Positions 12,368 through 25,050 of a DNA stretch of 64,000 nt are shown here, in pieces. The notes under the pieces are model-generated. The model ran no database searches and had not been told where the DNA came from. It saw only the letters and a list, made by a program, of their open reading frames with translations. Each line of letters opens with the position of its first letter. The stretch's first letter is position 1. Source of the DNA: Felis catus (Eukaryota); contig NC_058368.1 in assembly GCF_018350175.1 (NCBI RefSeq), positions 37,946,001 to 38,010,000 of the forward strand, written 5' to 3'. A program made the position numbers and the translations under genes.

Positions 12368-13317
12368 GAGAATCAACTTTTTAAAAAAAAATATTCTTTG
12401 TTGTTTTCCTGATTTATCTTTTATTTATTTCTGCTCTAATCTTTATTACCTCCTTTCCTCTGTTTGCTCTGAGTGTAGTTTGATTTCTTTTTCTAATTTT
12501 TAAGGTGGAAGTTTAGGTTATTTTTCTTCTTTTTTAAGTATAGTGATTTACAACTATAAATCTAACTGCAGACAGTACAATAGCTACATCTTGTAAGATT
12601 TGATATACTGTTCTTATGTTTTCATTCATTGCAAAATATATTCCAATTTACCTTGTGACTTCTATGGTAATTAGGTTTTAGGTTACTTAAGGATGTGTTG
12701 TTTAATTTTCACATATTTTTTAAAATTTCTCAAATTTCCTTCCATTAATAATTTCTTGTTACATGTCATTGCATTCATATAATTTTGTATTATTTATTTC
12801 TGTTTCAATGTATTGAGAATTGTTTTATGGCCTAGCATATGGTCTGTGCTCATACATGTGAACTTTAAGCAGAATGTGTATTCACATTCAGATCATTTAT
12901 AGATTTCTCTCGGTTCTAACTAATGTATAGTATTTTTTAGATGTTTTATTTGCTTGTTGATCTTTCTAGTTGTTCTACCTAATACGGTGAATATTTATAG
13001 TCTCCAACAATTATTGTTGAATTAGTTTTTTCCCTTTAATTTTGTCATTTTTTATTTTATGTATTTCTGAACTTTGTTGTTAGGTGTTGTTAGGTGTTTA
13101 GAATTGTGACATATTTGTGATGTACAGTCCCCTTTGCCATTATAAGACATCCTTTTATGTTTCATTGTCTTATTGTATATTTTGTCTGATATTAATGGAT
13201 TCTCTTTCCATTACTCGTTGAATAGTGTATCTTTTTCCATCCTTATATTTTCAACCTTTTGTGTCTTTCAATATAAAGTATGTCTTCTCTAAACACAAAA
13301 TAGTTGCTTCATGGTTT

Positions 13318-13532
13318 GTTTTTTTAAGTTTATTTACTTATTTTGAGAGAGAGAGAGAGAGAGCATGTGTGTGAGTGGGGGAGGAGCAGAGAGAGGGAGG
13401 GAGAATCTCAAACAAGCCCTGCATTGTCAGCACAGAGCCCAACGTGGGGCTTGAACTCAGGAACCCATGAGATTATGACCTGAGCCAAAATCAAGAGTCG
13501 GAAGCTTAATCGCCTGAGTTACTCAGATGCCT
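13318..13532 (-). mobile_element. older CanSINE
   Basis: gacctgagccaaaatcaagagtcggaagcttaa, GA tract, T tail. Confidence 0.9.
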
Positions 13533-13974
13533 CAGTTGGCTCATGTTTTTTATCCAGTCTGCCGCTGCTGCCTTTTGACTGAAGTGTTTATATTAATCCA
13601 TTATATTAATCTAAGTACTGATAAAGTAAGATTTTATTTTGTTTTTTCCCCATATCTTTTTGTTTTGCTATTCCTCCATTCCTCTATTATTACCTTCTTT
13701 TGTGTTATTTTCAAGTGTACAATTTTATTATTTTGTCATTTCTTTTTTAGTAATTTACTATAGAGGGTTCTAGACTATTCTTTTTTTTATTTTTATTTTT
13801 TTGAGGTGGTTGCTTTTCAAGACTACTGTGATACTGAGGCAAGGGAGACGGGGGTAGGGCAAGTTGAAACACCACAAAGCTCAATGTTCTTACTGAGATT
13901 CAGATTTTTTTTTTTTTGAGGATAACTCAACTCCTGTTCCTGCAAGTCTGATTAATTTCTAGATTTCTGAAAGG

Positions 13975-14206
13975 TTTTTTTAAATTTTTTTTTATTAATT
14001 TTTTTTTAACATTTATTTTTGAGACACAGAGAGAAGCAGAGCACAAGCAGCGGAGGAGCAGAGAGAGGGGGAGACAGAATCTGAAGCAGGCTCTAGACTC
14101 TGAGCTGTCAGTACAGAGCCCAACACAGGACTCAAACTCACAGACTGTGAGATCATGACCTGAGCCAAAGTCGGACACTTATCTGACTGAGCTACCCAGG
14201 CGCCCC
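13975..14206 (-). mobile_element. CanSINE
   Basis: gagatcatgacctgagccaaagtcggacactt...cccaggcgcccc. Confidence 0.93.
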
Positions 14207-14504
14207 TCAAAAGTTTATTTTGATGACTTTTTCCAGTGTTCTTTTTGCTGTTATGGAGGAGAGGATGTTCGGAAGTTCTTACACTGACACTTTGCTGATC
14301 AATTTCTATTTGCTGATGAATTTCTACCACCAGGTTTTTAATGTAATTTACTTTTTATTGATGTATAGTTCACTTATTATATTAGGTTCAGGTGTACAAC
14401 ATAATGATTCAGTATTTCTATATTTTGTGATATGATCACAATAAGTTTAGTCGTCATCCATCACCATACATAGTTACAATTCTTTTTTTATGTTGAGGGC
14501 TTTT

Positions 14505-15019
14505 TTTTTTTTATATATGAAATTTATTGACAAATTGGTTTCCATACAACACCCAGTGCTCATCCCAAAAGGTGCCCTCCTCAATACCCATCACCCACCC
14601 TCTCCTCCCTCCCACCCCCCATCAACCCTCAGTTTGTTCTCAGTTTTTAACAGTCTCTTATGCTTTGGCTCTCTCCCACTCTAACCTCTTTTTTTTTTTT
14701 CCTTCCCCTCCCCCATGTTGGTGGGAATGCAAATTGGTGCAGCCACTCTGGAAAGCAGTGTGGAGGTTCCTCAGAAAATTAAAAATAGACCTACCCTATG
14801 ACCCAGCAATAGCACTGCTAGGAATTCATCCAAGGGATACAGGAGTACTGATGCATAGGGCCACTTGTACCCCAATGTTCATAGCAGCACTCTCAACAAT
14901 AGCCAATTTATGGAAAGAGCCTAAATGTCCATCAACTGATGAATGGATAAAGAAATTGTGGTTTATATGCACAATGGAATACTACGTGGCAATGAGAAAG
15001 AATGAAATATGGCCTTTTG
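14505..15019 (-). mobile_element. young felid L1 with 5' inversion (twin priming)
   Basis: polyT plus antisense 3'UTR to ~14715, then sense ORF2 C-terminus ([13 protein letters not shown]...KEPKCPSTDEWIKK); perfect TSD tatgttgagggctttt at 14489 and 15020. Confidence 0.93.
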
Positions 15020-15267
15020 TATGTTGAGGGCTTTTAAAGTTTATTCTCTTAGGAACTTTCAAATATGCAATACAACATTGTTAATTATAGTTATCATACT
15101 GTACATTACATCTCCATGACCATTTTATAACTAGAAGTTTGTACTTTTTGACCCTCTTCAGCAATTTAACCCACTCCCCAGATCCCTCCTCTTTAGCCAC
15201 CACCAACATTGGTAACACATGTTGCTAACATTACACAAGAATTTTTTTCTCCACTTGTTATTTCTTA

Positions 15268-15387
15268 TCTTTTTAAAAAATTTATTTATTCTTAAAAGAG
15301 AGAGAGAGCATGAGTAGGGGAAAGGGACAGAAGGAGAGGAAGAGAAAGAGAAAAAGAGAAAAAGAGAAAGAAAGAGAAAGAGAAAGG

Positions 15388-15446
<59 letters not shown>

Positions 15447-15576
15447 AGAGAATCTTAAACAGGTTCCACACTCAGCATGGAGCTTGATGTGGTGCTGGAT
15501 CCCAGGACCGTGGAATCATGACCTGAGCTGAAATCAAGAGTCAGATGCTCAACTGACTGAGCCAACCAGGTGCCCC
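15268..15576 (-). mobile_element. older CanSINE with long GA-rich tract
   Basis: atgacctgagctgaaatcaagagtcagatgctcaactgactgagccaaccaggtgcccc. Confidence 0.92.
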
Positions 15577-15581
15577 TTATC

Positions 15582-15810
15582 TTTTTTTTTTTTTAATTTT
15601 TTTTTCAACGTTTATTTATTTTTTTGGGACAGAGAGAGACAGAGCATGAACGGGGGAGGGGCAGAGAGAGAGGGAGACACAGAATCGGAAACAGGCTCCA
15701 GGCTCTGAGCCGTCAGCCCAGAGCCCGACGCGGGGCTCGAACTCCCGGACCGCGAGATCGTGACCTGGCTGAAGTCGGACGCTTAACCGACTGCGCCACC
15801 CAGGCGCCCC
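15582..15810 (-). mobile_element. young SINEC_Fc-type CanSINE
   Basis: CpG-intact body; short TSD atctttt. Confidence 0.97.
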
Positions 15811-15980
15811 ATCTTTTTAGTAATAGCCATTCTATGAGTTGTGAGGTGATATCTCCTTCTGACTGTGGTTTGCATTTCTCTGATGATGACTGATTTTCAG
15901 CATCTTTTCATGTGCCTTTTGGCCATCTGGGGCTTCTTTGAAAAAATATCTATTCAGATTATTTGCCCACTTCTAATCAG

Positions 15981-16019
<39 letters not shown>

Positions 16020-17637
16020 GGCTATTGAATTGTGTAAGTTCTTTATATATTTTAGATATTAACCCCTTATCAGATATATGATTTGCAAATATTTTCTCCC
16101 ATTAGTAGATTGGTTCTTCATTTTACTGATGTTTTCCTTTATTGTGAAGAGGTTTTTAATTTAATGTAGTCCCACTGGTTTATTTTTGCTTTTGTTGCCT
16201 TTGCTTGTGGATTCAGTTCTAAAAAATGTATCACCAAGACCAGTGTCAAGGAATTTGCTGCCTAAGTTTTCTTCTAGGAATTTTATGGTTTCAGGTCTTA
16301 CATTCAAGTATTTAATGCATTTAATGCATTTTTGTGTATTGTATAAGATGTTAGCCCAATTTCATTCTTTTGCATGTGGCTGTCCACTTTTCCCAGCACC
16401 ATATATTGAAGAGACTATCATTTCCCCATTGTATATTCTTGGCTCCTTTGTTGTAAAACAATTGATGATATATGTGTGGGTTGATTTCTGGGCTCTCTAT
16501 TCTGTTCTCTTGAGCTATGTGTCTGTTTTTATGCCAATACCATACTGTTTTGATCACTGTAGCTTTATAATGTAGTTGGAAATCAGGAAGTGTGATGCTT
16601 CCAGCTTTGCTCTTTCTACCCAGTATTGCTTTTCTAGACTGCCAGCTCAGGCCCAATGAGCAGAACTTTCTCTTGACTTAGGAGGCCTCTTCAGTTTTGT
16701 TGTTGTTATTTGTTGGTTGGTTTTGTTTTGTTTGAACCTATACTAAGGAACCTCACACCTATCAGCCTGTACCTTTACATAACAATTAATTTAGCCCACT
16801 TTCAAGTTAAGTATTTAACTCTTTGATGCTTCTCAGTCTGGTAAATATCCTATCACTTTGCTACTTTCTTCCACAGATGCCCCCCCACCCCGCCCACAAC
16901 CCCCCACACACTTCCTTGACGTACTGAGAGGTATTTCAAAGTTCTAAAATACATTGCTGTCAGTAAAGTCAAGCAAAAAAAAAAATCTTGTGCTTAAATC
17001 ATTTTTAAAATGATTTGCAATTAATTCAACTTAGCTAGTTTTCAGGGTTTATTTATTGTTTTATTTATGTAAGTAAAATATATAGGTAGAGGCTATGAAA
17101 TGTGAGAACTCTTAGTGAACAAATTATACACTTCTCTCACCAGTAAACATTCTGTGGCTTGCCATAGACTTTAGAAAAAAAAATATGTGATCCCAAAAGA
17201 CCTTAAAAATAGTGCAATTCTGTACTAGCATCTCTTCAATATTTCTCTTATCTTTGGAGTATTTCATCAGTTTGCATCCTGAGTATAATGTGAAAACTTT
17301 TATACTACTTGTGTTCATTATAGGTTTTTGAATGTTTCTGAAATAAATTTATATTTAAAATATTATTGGATCAAAATTATAACAGAGTTACCAGAAACAT
17401 GAATTAAATTGATATATTATATGGAGAATTGGCAGAATAAAAAATATTTTGAAGTTTGAAATGAGAATACAAATATTAAAAGAGCATAAAATGTCTAAAA
17501 TATTTAAAATAATATAACAAAATACTGACATTTTGGTTTCTACCAAAACACCACTGGAGAAGAGAGATTGTACAGCAATTCTAACTTGAAAGGATAAATG
17601 CATTTGAAGCAGTCTATTAGAAGCAAACATTGTGACT

Positions 17638-17746
17638 GGGTACCTGGGTGACTCAGTTGGTTAAGCATAGAACTCCTGATCTCAGTTCAGGTCTTTGTCT
17701 CAATGTCCTGAGTTCAAGCCCTTGCTTAAAAAAAAAAAAAAAAAAA
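17638..17746 (+). mobile_element. short CanSINE: tRNA-like head joined directly to polyA, no CT tract
   Basis: gggtacctgggtgactcagttggttaagc...gagttcaagccc followed by an A run. Confidence 0.8.
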
Positions 17747-18729
17747 GTGAGTATGATGGAAAATATTATCATAGTGGAATAGAAGATTAGTTTGGAAATT
17801 AAGAAATTAACTAGGAAACAACTACACAAAATTATAAAATTTAAATGATGGTTGTTAAAAGTAAAAAATTTTGCTATGATATTTGGTAAATTGGTAAATG
17901 AGTAACAATATTGACAAAATAGATGTTGGCATTAAATGAATTGATTATAATTAATTTAGAATAAAATATTAAATCAAAATATAGAAAATAAATTAGTATC
18001 TAATTGTTCATTTTAAAATCTAAATGTAATAGTGTACTTGATAGTACTAAACTTCTGAATATTTTTAAAACTGTAAAAACTAAGATTCTCTTTCAAAAGT
18101 ATGAATTTGTGGTCCTCATGGTAACATATATTTTCCCATGTGTCATTAACAGTAACCAATGTTGAACATTATTTACAAAGCATTAAACATTTCTGTTAAA
18201 TTTTAAAGTTAGTATATGTGCTAAATCAGTTGTATTTGCAATTTGCTAAAATGGTCCTTTGGTATATTGATTTCTTCTAACAAATTGGTTCCTGGCAAAC
18301 GGGCTTTTAACATGTTGCTAGATTTGAAACGAAAGGAATGTTGGAGCATCTCCCAGCCAATTTTTGTGTGGACGCAGGGTGACTGTTTCTTCAAAGGATT
18401 GGGAGCATTTCCATGCTTGAATGGAACTTAGTTTTCTCTTACCTTCTCTGGATATAAAATCATGAGTTATATTAGCATAGCTATATATACATGTATTATA
18501 CTGTGTTTATTTAAGCAAAAGAAAGATATTTGCAGAAGAAAGTGGAAGGAAAGAGGAAAGATAAGTAGAAAAAGTGAATAACAGTAGATAAAATATGAGT
18601 TCTAAATAACAAAAACAAAATAGGGGCTTTGGATTTTGCTATTTACTCTCCATTTTTGGAGATTTGCTACCTTTCTTTTGATCAACAGACAACCACTTTG
18701 GTAGTACTTAGTAAAAGAATAGTGGTATT

Positions 18730-19317
18730 ATTGCAGGACTTTTTACCTCAGTATCTAGGGTTCCTTGTCTAGTGGCTTTGAAGAATGAAGAGGTGGACAC
18801 ATAATGAGCAGCAGGCAAAAGTTTTTCAGAGTATAAGATTAGAAATAAGAATAATATGAAAGCTCTCTTTGCAGAGAGGGGGCATTCAAAAGTGAATGCC
18901 TACGACAATAGGCAAGGGTCTTTGTTTTATAAGATTCTGGTCATCCTTCACTTCCCTTCCCCCTTCTCAGGTTCTACCCTTACTGGCTGGATAACTCTAG
19001 GTTCTGGGTTGTCCATTCCTGATTGGCTCAACTCCATTGTATGAGGGTGGTCTATGGCCATATCATTCATTCTTTGTGGGTCCTATGTTTAGTGGTCTAC
19101 TACTTTTTTTTTAGTTAGGTCTTTTGTAAAATTTCTGAGGGAAACCTGAGGGGGAGAGGTGGGGTCCATTACATTCTTAAGAGGAACCTTATTCCCAAGG
19201 GGGTTTGGTGTGGTCAGACACTCCCAGCATTGTTCCAAAATCTGTTTTTCCCCCACCCAGGGACTTCAGGTCCTAATCTTTCTCTCTCTTCCTACTGAAT
19301 CCTATCTTTTCTTATCA
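18730..19317 (-). mobile_element. solo LTR, ERV1-like
   Basis: minus strand starts tgataagaaaagatagg, has CCAAT (ctgattgg on +) and TATA (ttttataa), and ends tgtccacctcttcattcttcaa...aaaaagtcctgcaa like class I LTR U5 regions. Confidence 0.7.
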
Positions 19318-19669
19318 TACCATCATTCTATTAAATTCCCTGTACTGCTCTGAGAAGGATAATTCATTTATAAGATGGTGTCAGAAACCTTAAACATTAA
19401 TATTTTTATTCTGAAGCTAATGGAAACATATATGCATACATACACACAGATAGAAGAGATTAACATTAAAATGTATCCTATATAAAAATCAGTGTCAATA
19501 GTTTTAGTAAAAGGAAAAAAGATTAAAAGTATAAAACATAAAATCAAAGAAGTTAATTGTAGAAACCTTACAATTTTCAATTTGAATGGAACTACTATGA
19601 ACTTCTAACATGTTTTCTGTTAAAATTAGTATTTCCGACTTTGGTCTACAGAAAATTTAGTTACCTGCA

Positions 19670-20120
19670 CAACTCTTTTAGTTGCCTATTGGTATATTAA
19701 AAAAATATCAGTGGCTTTAAACAATGAATATGAAATCACTCACAATTCTGAGAATCAGAAATTCTGGAAGCAGAGATGGCTCATCTATATTTTCCATAGT
19801 ATTGGTTGTACAGCCTGATAGAAGCCAGAGATCACCTTGAATGTCTGGTCTGAATTGGCCAGGCCTCTTTCTTTGCATGGCCATTTTATGTCTGGATCCT
19901 TGGCTGTTCTTCACCTGGCCTCTGTCACCATGTATAGTCTTATCCTCCCCAGCGTTTCTCTTCAGGCAGATAGATAACCCAAACTTCTGTAGGCGGTGAC
20001 TGGCCTCTCAGAAAGCAAACATTGCAAGCTGGAACTTTTTTTCAGGTCTAAGTCTGGACATCATAGAAAAGGGCCTACCCAGTAGAAGGAGTTGCAGCCT
20101 CCATCTTTGGAAACCACAAC
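19670..20120. mobile_element. MLT1-like (ERVL-MaLR) LTR relic
   Basis: tcagtggctttaaacaa...ctcacaattctgagaatcagaaattc...gcagcctccatctttggaaa. Confidence 0.55.
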
Positions 20121-21716
20121 AACCAAAAAGCCATGAAAACTTCTAGCATCAAATTTGGGCCCACTAGATACATTCCCCACTGAAAAGTGCAGGATTTTTC
20201 AGTTAATGGCCAAACCTAGGTGCAGAAAATGTGTAAAGACAAATTCAGAATATCTTAACACATCAGTAATGAAGGAAATAAAGCATATAAAGACAGAAAC
20301 AGTCATACAGTATATGCCTCTTGATGTGATCCTTTAGAAAGCACATAAACAATGTATAAAATATTCTATAAAAATAAGTTTGAATCTGTTCAAATCTGTT
20401 CAAATCTGTAGTTATAACCATTAAGTCAAGTGAAATTCAAGAGTCAGAGGAACATGTTAAACAAAACCATGTAATAACATGTTTATATCAGACTAATTTA
20501 TGCTAGAAACCAAGCTTTACTTTTTTTATTAGCTCTATAGTTTTGAGAAACTTATTTCATAGGAGCTTCAGTCTCTTGTAATAAGATGGAGGTAAGAAGA
20601 AGATATTTCATGAATATATATATACTATATGCATATGAAAATATAAATTATATAAAACAGCATAGCATAGCAATGCAGTCCAATAAAAGCGAGTTTCAAC
20701 TTTTCCTCTTCTTCTAATGTATCTGTTACTCCCAGCAGAGAACTTCTGTTGGATTTGTCTGTGGTCTCAGTACAAATCGATCCCTATGATTGCTCCTCAT
20801 TAATAGCTTTTTAGCAAACAGATACCTCTTAAATATAAATCCCCTTATTATATGAAATGAATGATTTAATAATGATCTCAGCAAAATTCAAAGATTTCTC
20901 AGAAAACAGAAAAAAAAAAAAAAACCTACCACAAGTTTCTAACACCCCATTGAACAACTTACCTACTTTGCTTCTATACTCTGCTTTCTTTCCTGGTACT
21001 TTCAATGGTTTTTCATGCACTTTAGCAAAGACCAACATTTCCACTTGTATAGCAGATCCCGTCCCCTCTCACCCACTTAATGATATTGCTCTCTGCTTTC
21101 TCCTCTGAATCATTGTGTTTTTCTCTTTTTCTAATAGATTTCTCACCCACCAGTAGACAAATGTGTCAATATTCATTCATTCTTAAAGATAAAGCTCTCT
21201 TGACCCTACTTCTTTCCACTTATGTTACCCATTTCACTTTTTCCCCTTGTATCAGAACTCCTCAAGACTTGTTTCTTGTGAATGTGTCCGTCTTTGTCTC
21301 CTTTTCTGCTTCATCTTTAGTTTTCTACCTTTTTAATAAATTAAAGCTTCAGAGCATAAACCTCACCATCTTTTCTACATTCACTCCTTTGGTTATCTCA
21401 AATAATCTGATAGCTTTAAACACGATCTACATGAAAACCTTTCTAAAGGTATCTCCACAAAGACCCACTTACCAATTAGATATCTAATAAGTATATCAAA
21501 ATTATAATGTAAAACCCTGAACTCCTGATTCCTCCTGCCTTCAAATATGCTATTTCTGCAATCTTTTACATTTCAGTAAATGGAAATTCCATTCTTCTAA
21601 TTGTTCAGATCTATTATTTTTTAATAATTATGGAATACCTTGTCTTGTTCTAACATTTAATCTAGCACAAATCCTATTTATCTATCTTCAACATATAACT
21701 TAAATTTTCAACCTCT

Positions 21717-22095
21717 CTGTGGTGTTTTGATACCCCTCACAGATTTCCTTTACAGGGTTAGCACTGACCCCCCAGCTTTTGTGAAATTTGCTCTCATTTG
21801 ATTAAAGGAAACCATATTACTGAGTAGATTAGATCTTCTCCATTTCCCAAGTGGCCAAATTCAATATTTACAAATGGAGGCATACAACAACTCTAATATG
21901 TAGTTTATGCTGCAGGAACTTCCCTTCTATCAGACCAGTGCTAGAGTTTAGCAGCTACCATATTTTTGCTTAATTTTTCCTCCCTTCTGTATCCTACTTC
22001 ACCCCATAACTTACAAGTTTGGGTTTTGCTTGTCTTTTGTTATTTTTTTCTGGAAACGATTGCTTCAGTAGGTTAGGCACTCCAAATCCCTATCT
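21717..22095. mobile_element. possible LTR16-like ERVL LTR inserted in L2
   Basis: tgtggtg...cagatttcctttacagggttagcactgacccccagct resembles the LTR16 family and interrupts L2 similarity. Confidence 0.4.
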
Positions 22096-22786
22096 CTTAT
22101 CTACACTATTGGAATGTCCTTCCTACTTTTGTCCTTGCTTCTACTTACCCTTCTAGTTTATTGTCAATGCAGTATTCAAAATATTCTTTTAAAACAAAAA
22201 GATAATTGACTCCTCTACTCAAAATATTTCAGTGGCTTCCCACAATACTCGTGATAAATGCCTAAGTAAATAACCTGGCCAAAAAGCAGAAGGGTGTAAT
22301 CTGGATTCCACTTCCTTCTTGTCTCTCTTACTTCAACTCATGTTTTAGTCTCCCTGGCTCACTCCACTGCAGTGACTCTGGTCTCTTACCTTGAAATAGT
22401 AATTATACTCTCAAACTCAAAGCCTCTGCACTTGCTGTTACTTCTGTAGGAAGGTACTTCTCCAGTATATTTGCATGGCTTGCTCCAACACTTCATGCTT
22501 CCTCCTGATATTTAGTCATGTGTCAATAATCCACTGTAATCTCCCTTTACCACCTTGGTTAAAATTGCAACCCGATGTTACTCCGTGGCATCACATACAG
22601 TTTTACCTCAGTTTTTTTCCCCAAAGCTCATAATTTTATATACAGAAATTTAGAAAGTAAAATATAATATTTAAAATATAGTTTAAAGGATATTGAATCA
22701 AATATATATGCATAAATATATATTAAATATATATTAATACATATTTATAAACCAATATTTATGCATATATAATGTTAAAATATATT

Positions 22787-23006
22787 TTTAAATTTTTTTT
22801 CAATGTTTATTTATTTTTTGGGGGACAGAGAGAGACAGAGCATGAACGGGGGAGGGGCAGAGAGAGAGGGAGACACAGAATCGGAAACAGGCTCCAGGCT
22901 CTCAGCCATCAGCCCAGAGCCCGACACGGGGCTCGAACTCATGGACCGCGAGATCGTGACCTGGCTGAAGTCGGACGCTTAACCGACTGCGCCACCCAGG
23001 CGCCCC
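22787..23006 (-). mobile_element. young SINEC_Fc-type CanSINE
   Basis: complete body; TSD aaaatatatttttaaa; inserted in an AT-rich patch. Confidence 0.97.
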
Positions 23007-24384
23007 TAAAATATATTTTTAAATATAATGTTTTTACAGCCACTGTCCACTCACTAGAATAAAATCTTCATGAAGACTGTAAGTTTGTATGTTTTGTTCA
23101 TTGGTCTATCATCATTGACTAATATATTCTCAATAAATACTTGTCAATGCAAGAGGCTAGCTTATAGACCTGAGCATCAAAATCTTATAATTGTGGCTAC
23201 CACTATTTATGACCCCATGATATGTGGGACATGTTGTGTTTAGCATCCACCTTTCATGTCAAAATTTAGATTACGTATTTAGGGAGAAATATCAAACTGC
23301 TTATATTTTTCTCTAATAAAATAGGTGCAAATGTACTCTTTTGCTCCTCACAATTATTGAAGATATAAATGAAAACTAAAGTTTGATAATGTCATCAAAG
23401 GGCTATAGCTGACATGAAACCTGCATGTATTATACAACAATAAAGGGAAAAGAAATTAAATATGCCATTTTCAACTTTTATTTTTAATTTCTTCAGCAAT
23501 ACGATATTTATAAACCTTATTTTTTAAAATATAATTATCTAAACTAAGTCAAAGGTATCATTTCATAGCTCTAAAACATATGGGGGATGATGTTGAAACC
23601 TTGAAACATAATTTCATGAAATGCTAATTGATCCCAGAGGTTGATTATTGCTTTAGTATTTCAAGAACGTTTCATTTAAATTTTCAAAATTTTTTTCTTT
23701 CTTTCTCTCTCTATATAGATGGTGTAGATATAGATGATATTGATATAGATATAGATATTGAATCTATAATCATCTGAATACCTTTAAGGTATTTGGGTAT
23801 ATACATAATCACATATAAATATTGTAAAGAGACATTGTAAATTGTTGTTGAATTACTGTTAGACATTTCCTTCAGATATAAATAAGGTGTTTGCTATAAT
23901 CACAGAGGGGCTGCTATTTACACATAATAATGTGGTTATTTGGTGTTGACTAGTTGTTTCCATGTCAACTGCATTCAATAAAGGGGATTAGTCACAATAT
24001 GGTTGATAGAGCCATCTGTGTACTCCAAAGACTTGCCTGTTGATGCAAATGGTAACTTGTTTTGTAAAAGGTTAAAAGGACAGAAATACATAAATTATAT
24101 AATGTTTCAAGGGGGTTGCACAAAATACATTTTTCCTAACTGTTATATTAAATTCTCTTGGTTATTATGGAAAAATGCCATCTTACTCTAGGTAAGAAAC
24201 ATCAAAATATGTTAAACAGACATTTTTAAAAAAGAAGGACACAATAAAACAAATTAGTTTAAGGGTTTAAACAATTTCATCAGCAATTTTCCTTACCATA
24301 AAATTCACTGGACATTTTGAGGTATGCAAACCATTATGTACATTCTAATTCTTCAGGTGACTACATGTAATATTTGGTAAGTTT

Positions 24385-24639
24385 GAGAATTAAAAAAATA
24401 TATAATGTTTATTTTTGAGAGAGAGAGAGAAAGAGAGAGACAGCACGTGTGCGGGGCAGGGGTGGGAGTGCAGTGCAGAGAGAGAGGGAGACACAGAATC
24501 CAAAGCAGGCTCCAGACTCCAAAGTTGTCAGCACAGAGCCTGATATGGGGCTCGAACTCACAAACCACGAGATCCTGATGAGATCTGACCATGAGAGCCA
24601 AAGTCAGACCCTTAACTGACTGAGCCAACCATGTTCCCC
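24385..24639 (-). mobile_element. CanSINE
   Basis: GA tract, cagcacagagcctgatatggggctcgaactc, ttaactgactgagcc. Confidence 0.9.
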
Positions 24640-24934
24640 AAGAGAATTTTTAATTATTAGCAGGAAAGAACCTCAATTTATTTCAGTGGTAAAATTTTAA
24701 ATCCATTGTAAATCTCTATCCTTTAACCCATTGAGAATTGAGGCCACTTCTGTAAGCATGAATTTTTCTTTGTTCTAGGAAGATAGGTTTTTAAGTAAAT
24801 AACCTTTATGATTATTTAGGAAATCCTTTAACTCTAATTTATTGAGTTAAATAAGTTGCTCATCTGGGTAAATTCTTATTTCTTTGAACAATGAATTCCT
24901 CACTTGGGCATCAAGTTTACTATCAAGCAATTAA

Positions 24935-25050
24935 AACATTTTTAAGTTATTTATTTATTTATATTATTTCTATAGCCAATGTGGGGCTCAAACTCATGAC
25001 CCTGAAATCAAGAGTCACATGCTCTTCCAACTTAGCCAGCCAGGTGCCCC
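24935..25050 (-). mobile_element. short old CanSINE
   Basis: gtggggctcaaactcatgaccctgaaatcaagagtc...ccaggtgcccc. Confidence 0.85.

Larger units (their letters stand above)
11540..13800 (-). mobile_element. old degraded L1 ORF2 (endonuclease to RT region)
   Basis: MDARTVNKILANQIQQ in ORF 11332-11604; tgaagccatccggccctggc; aggaatttggccatttcatctagg. Confidence 0.8.
14335..16640 (-). mobile_element. older L1 3' portion (ORF2 C-terminal part and 3'UTR) hosting younger insertions
   Basis: ORF 16351-16656 gives [26 protein letters not shown] (ORF2); 3'UTR motif ttcaggtgtacaacataatgattc; (TTA)n at ~15984-16020. Confidence 0.85.
20930..23150 (+). mobile_element. L2 LINE 3' region, interrupted
   Basis: ccacttgt...gatcccgtcccctctc; catttcagtaaatggaaattccattctt; cagtggcttccca; 3' end cactagaataaaatcttcatgaag...ctcaataaatacttg. 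Confidence 0.75.

Noticed and set aside
14527..15027. 166-aa ORF as a novel gene
   Set aside because: It is a chimera of antisense L1 3'UTR and the inverted ORF2 C-terminus, and begins at a TTG rather than an ATG.
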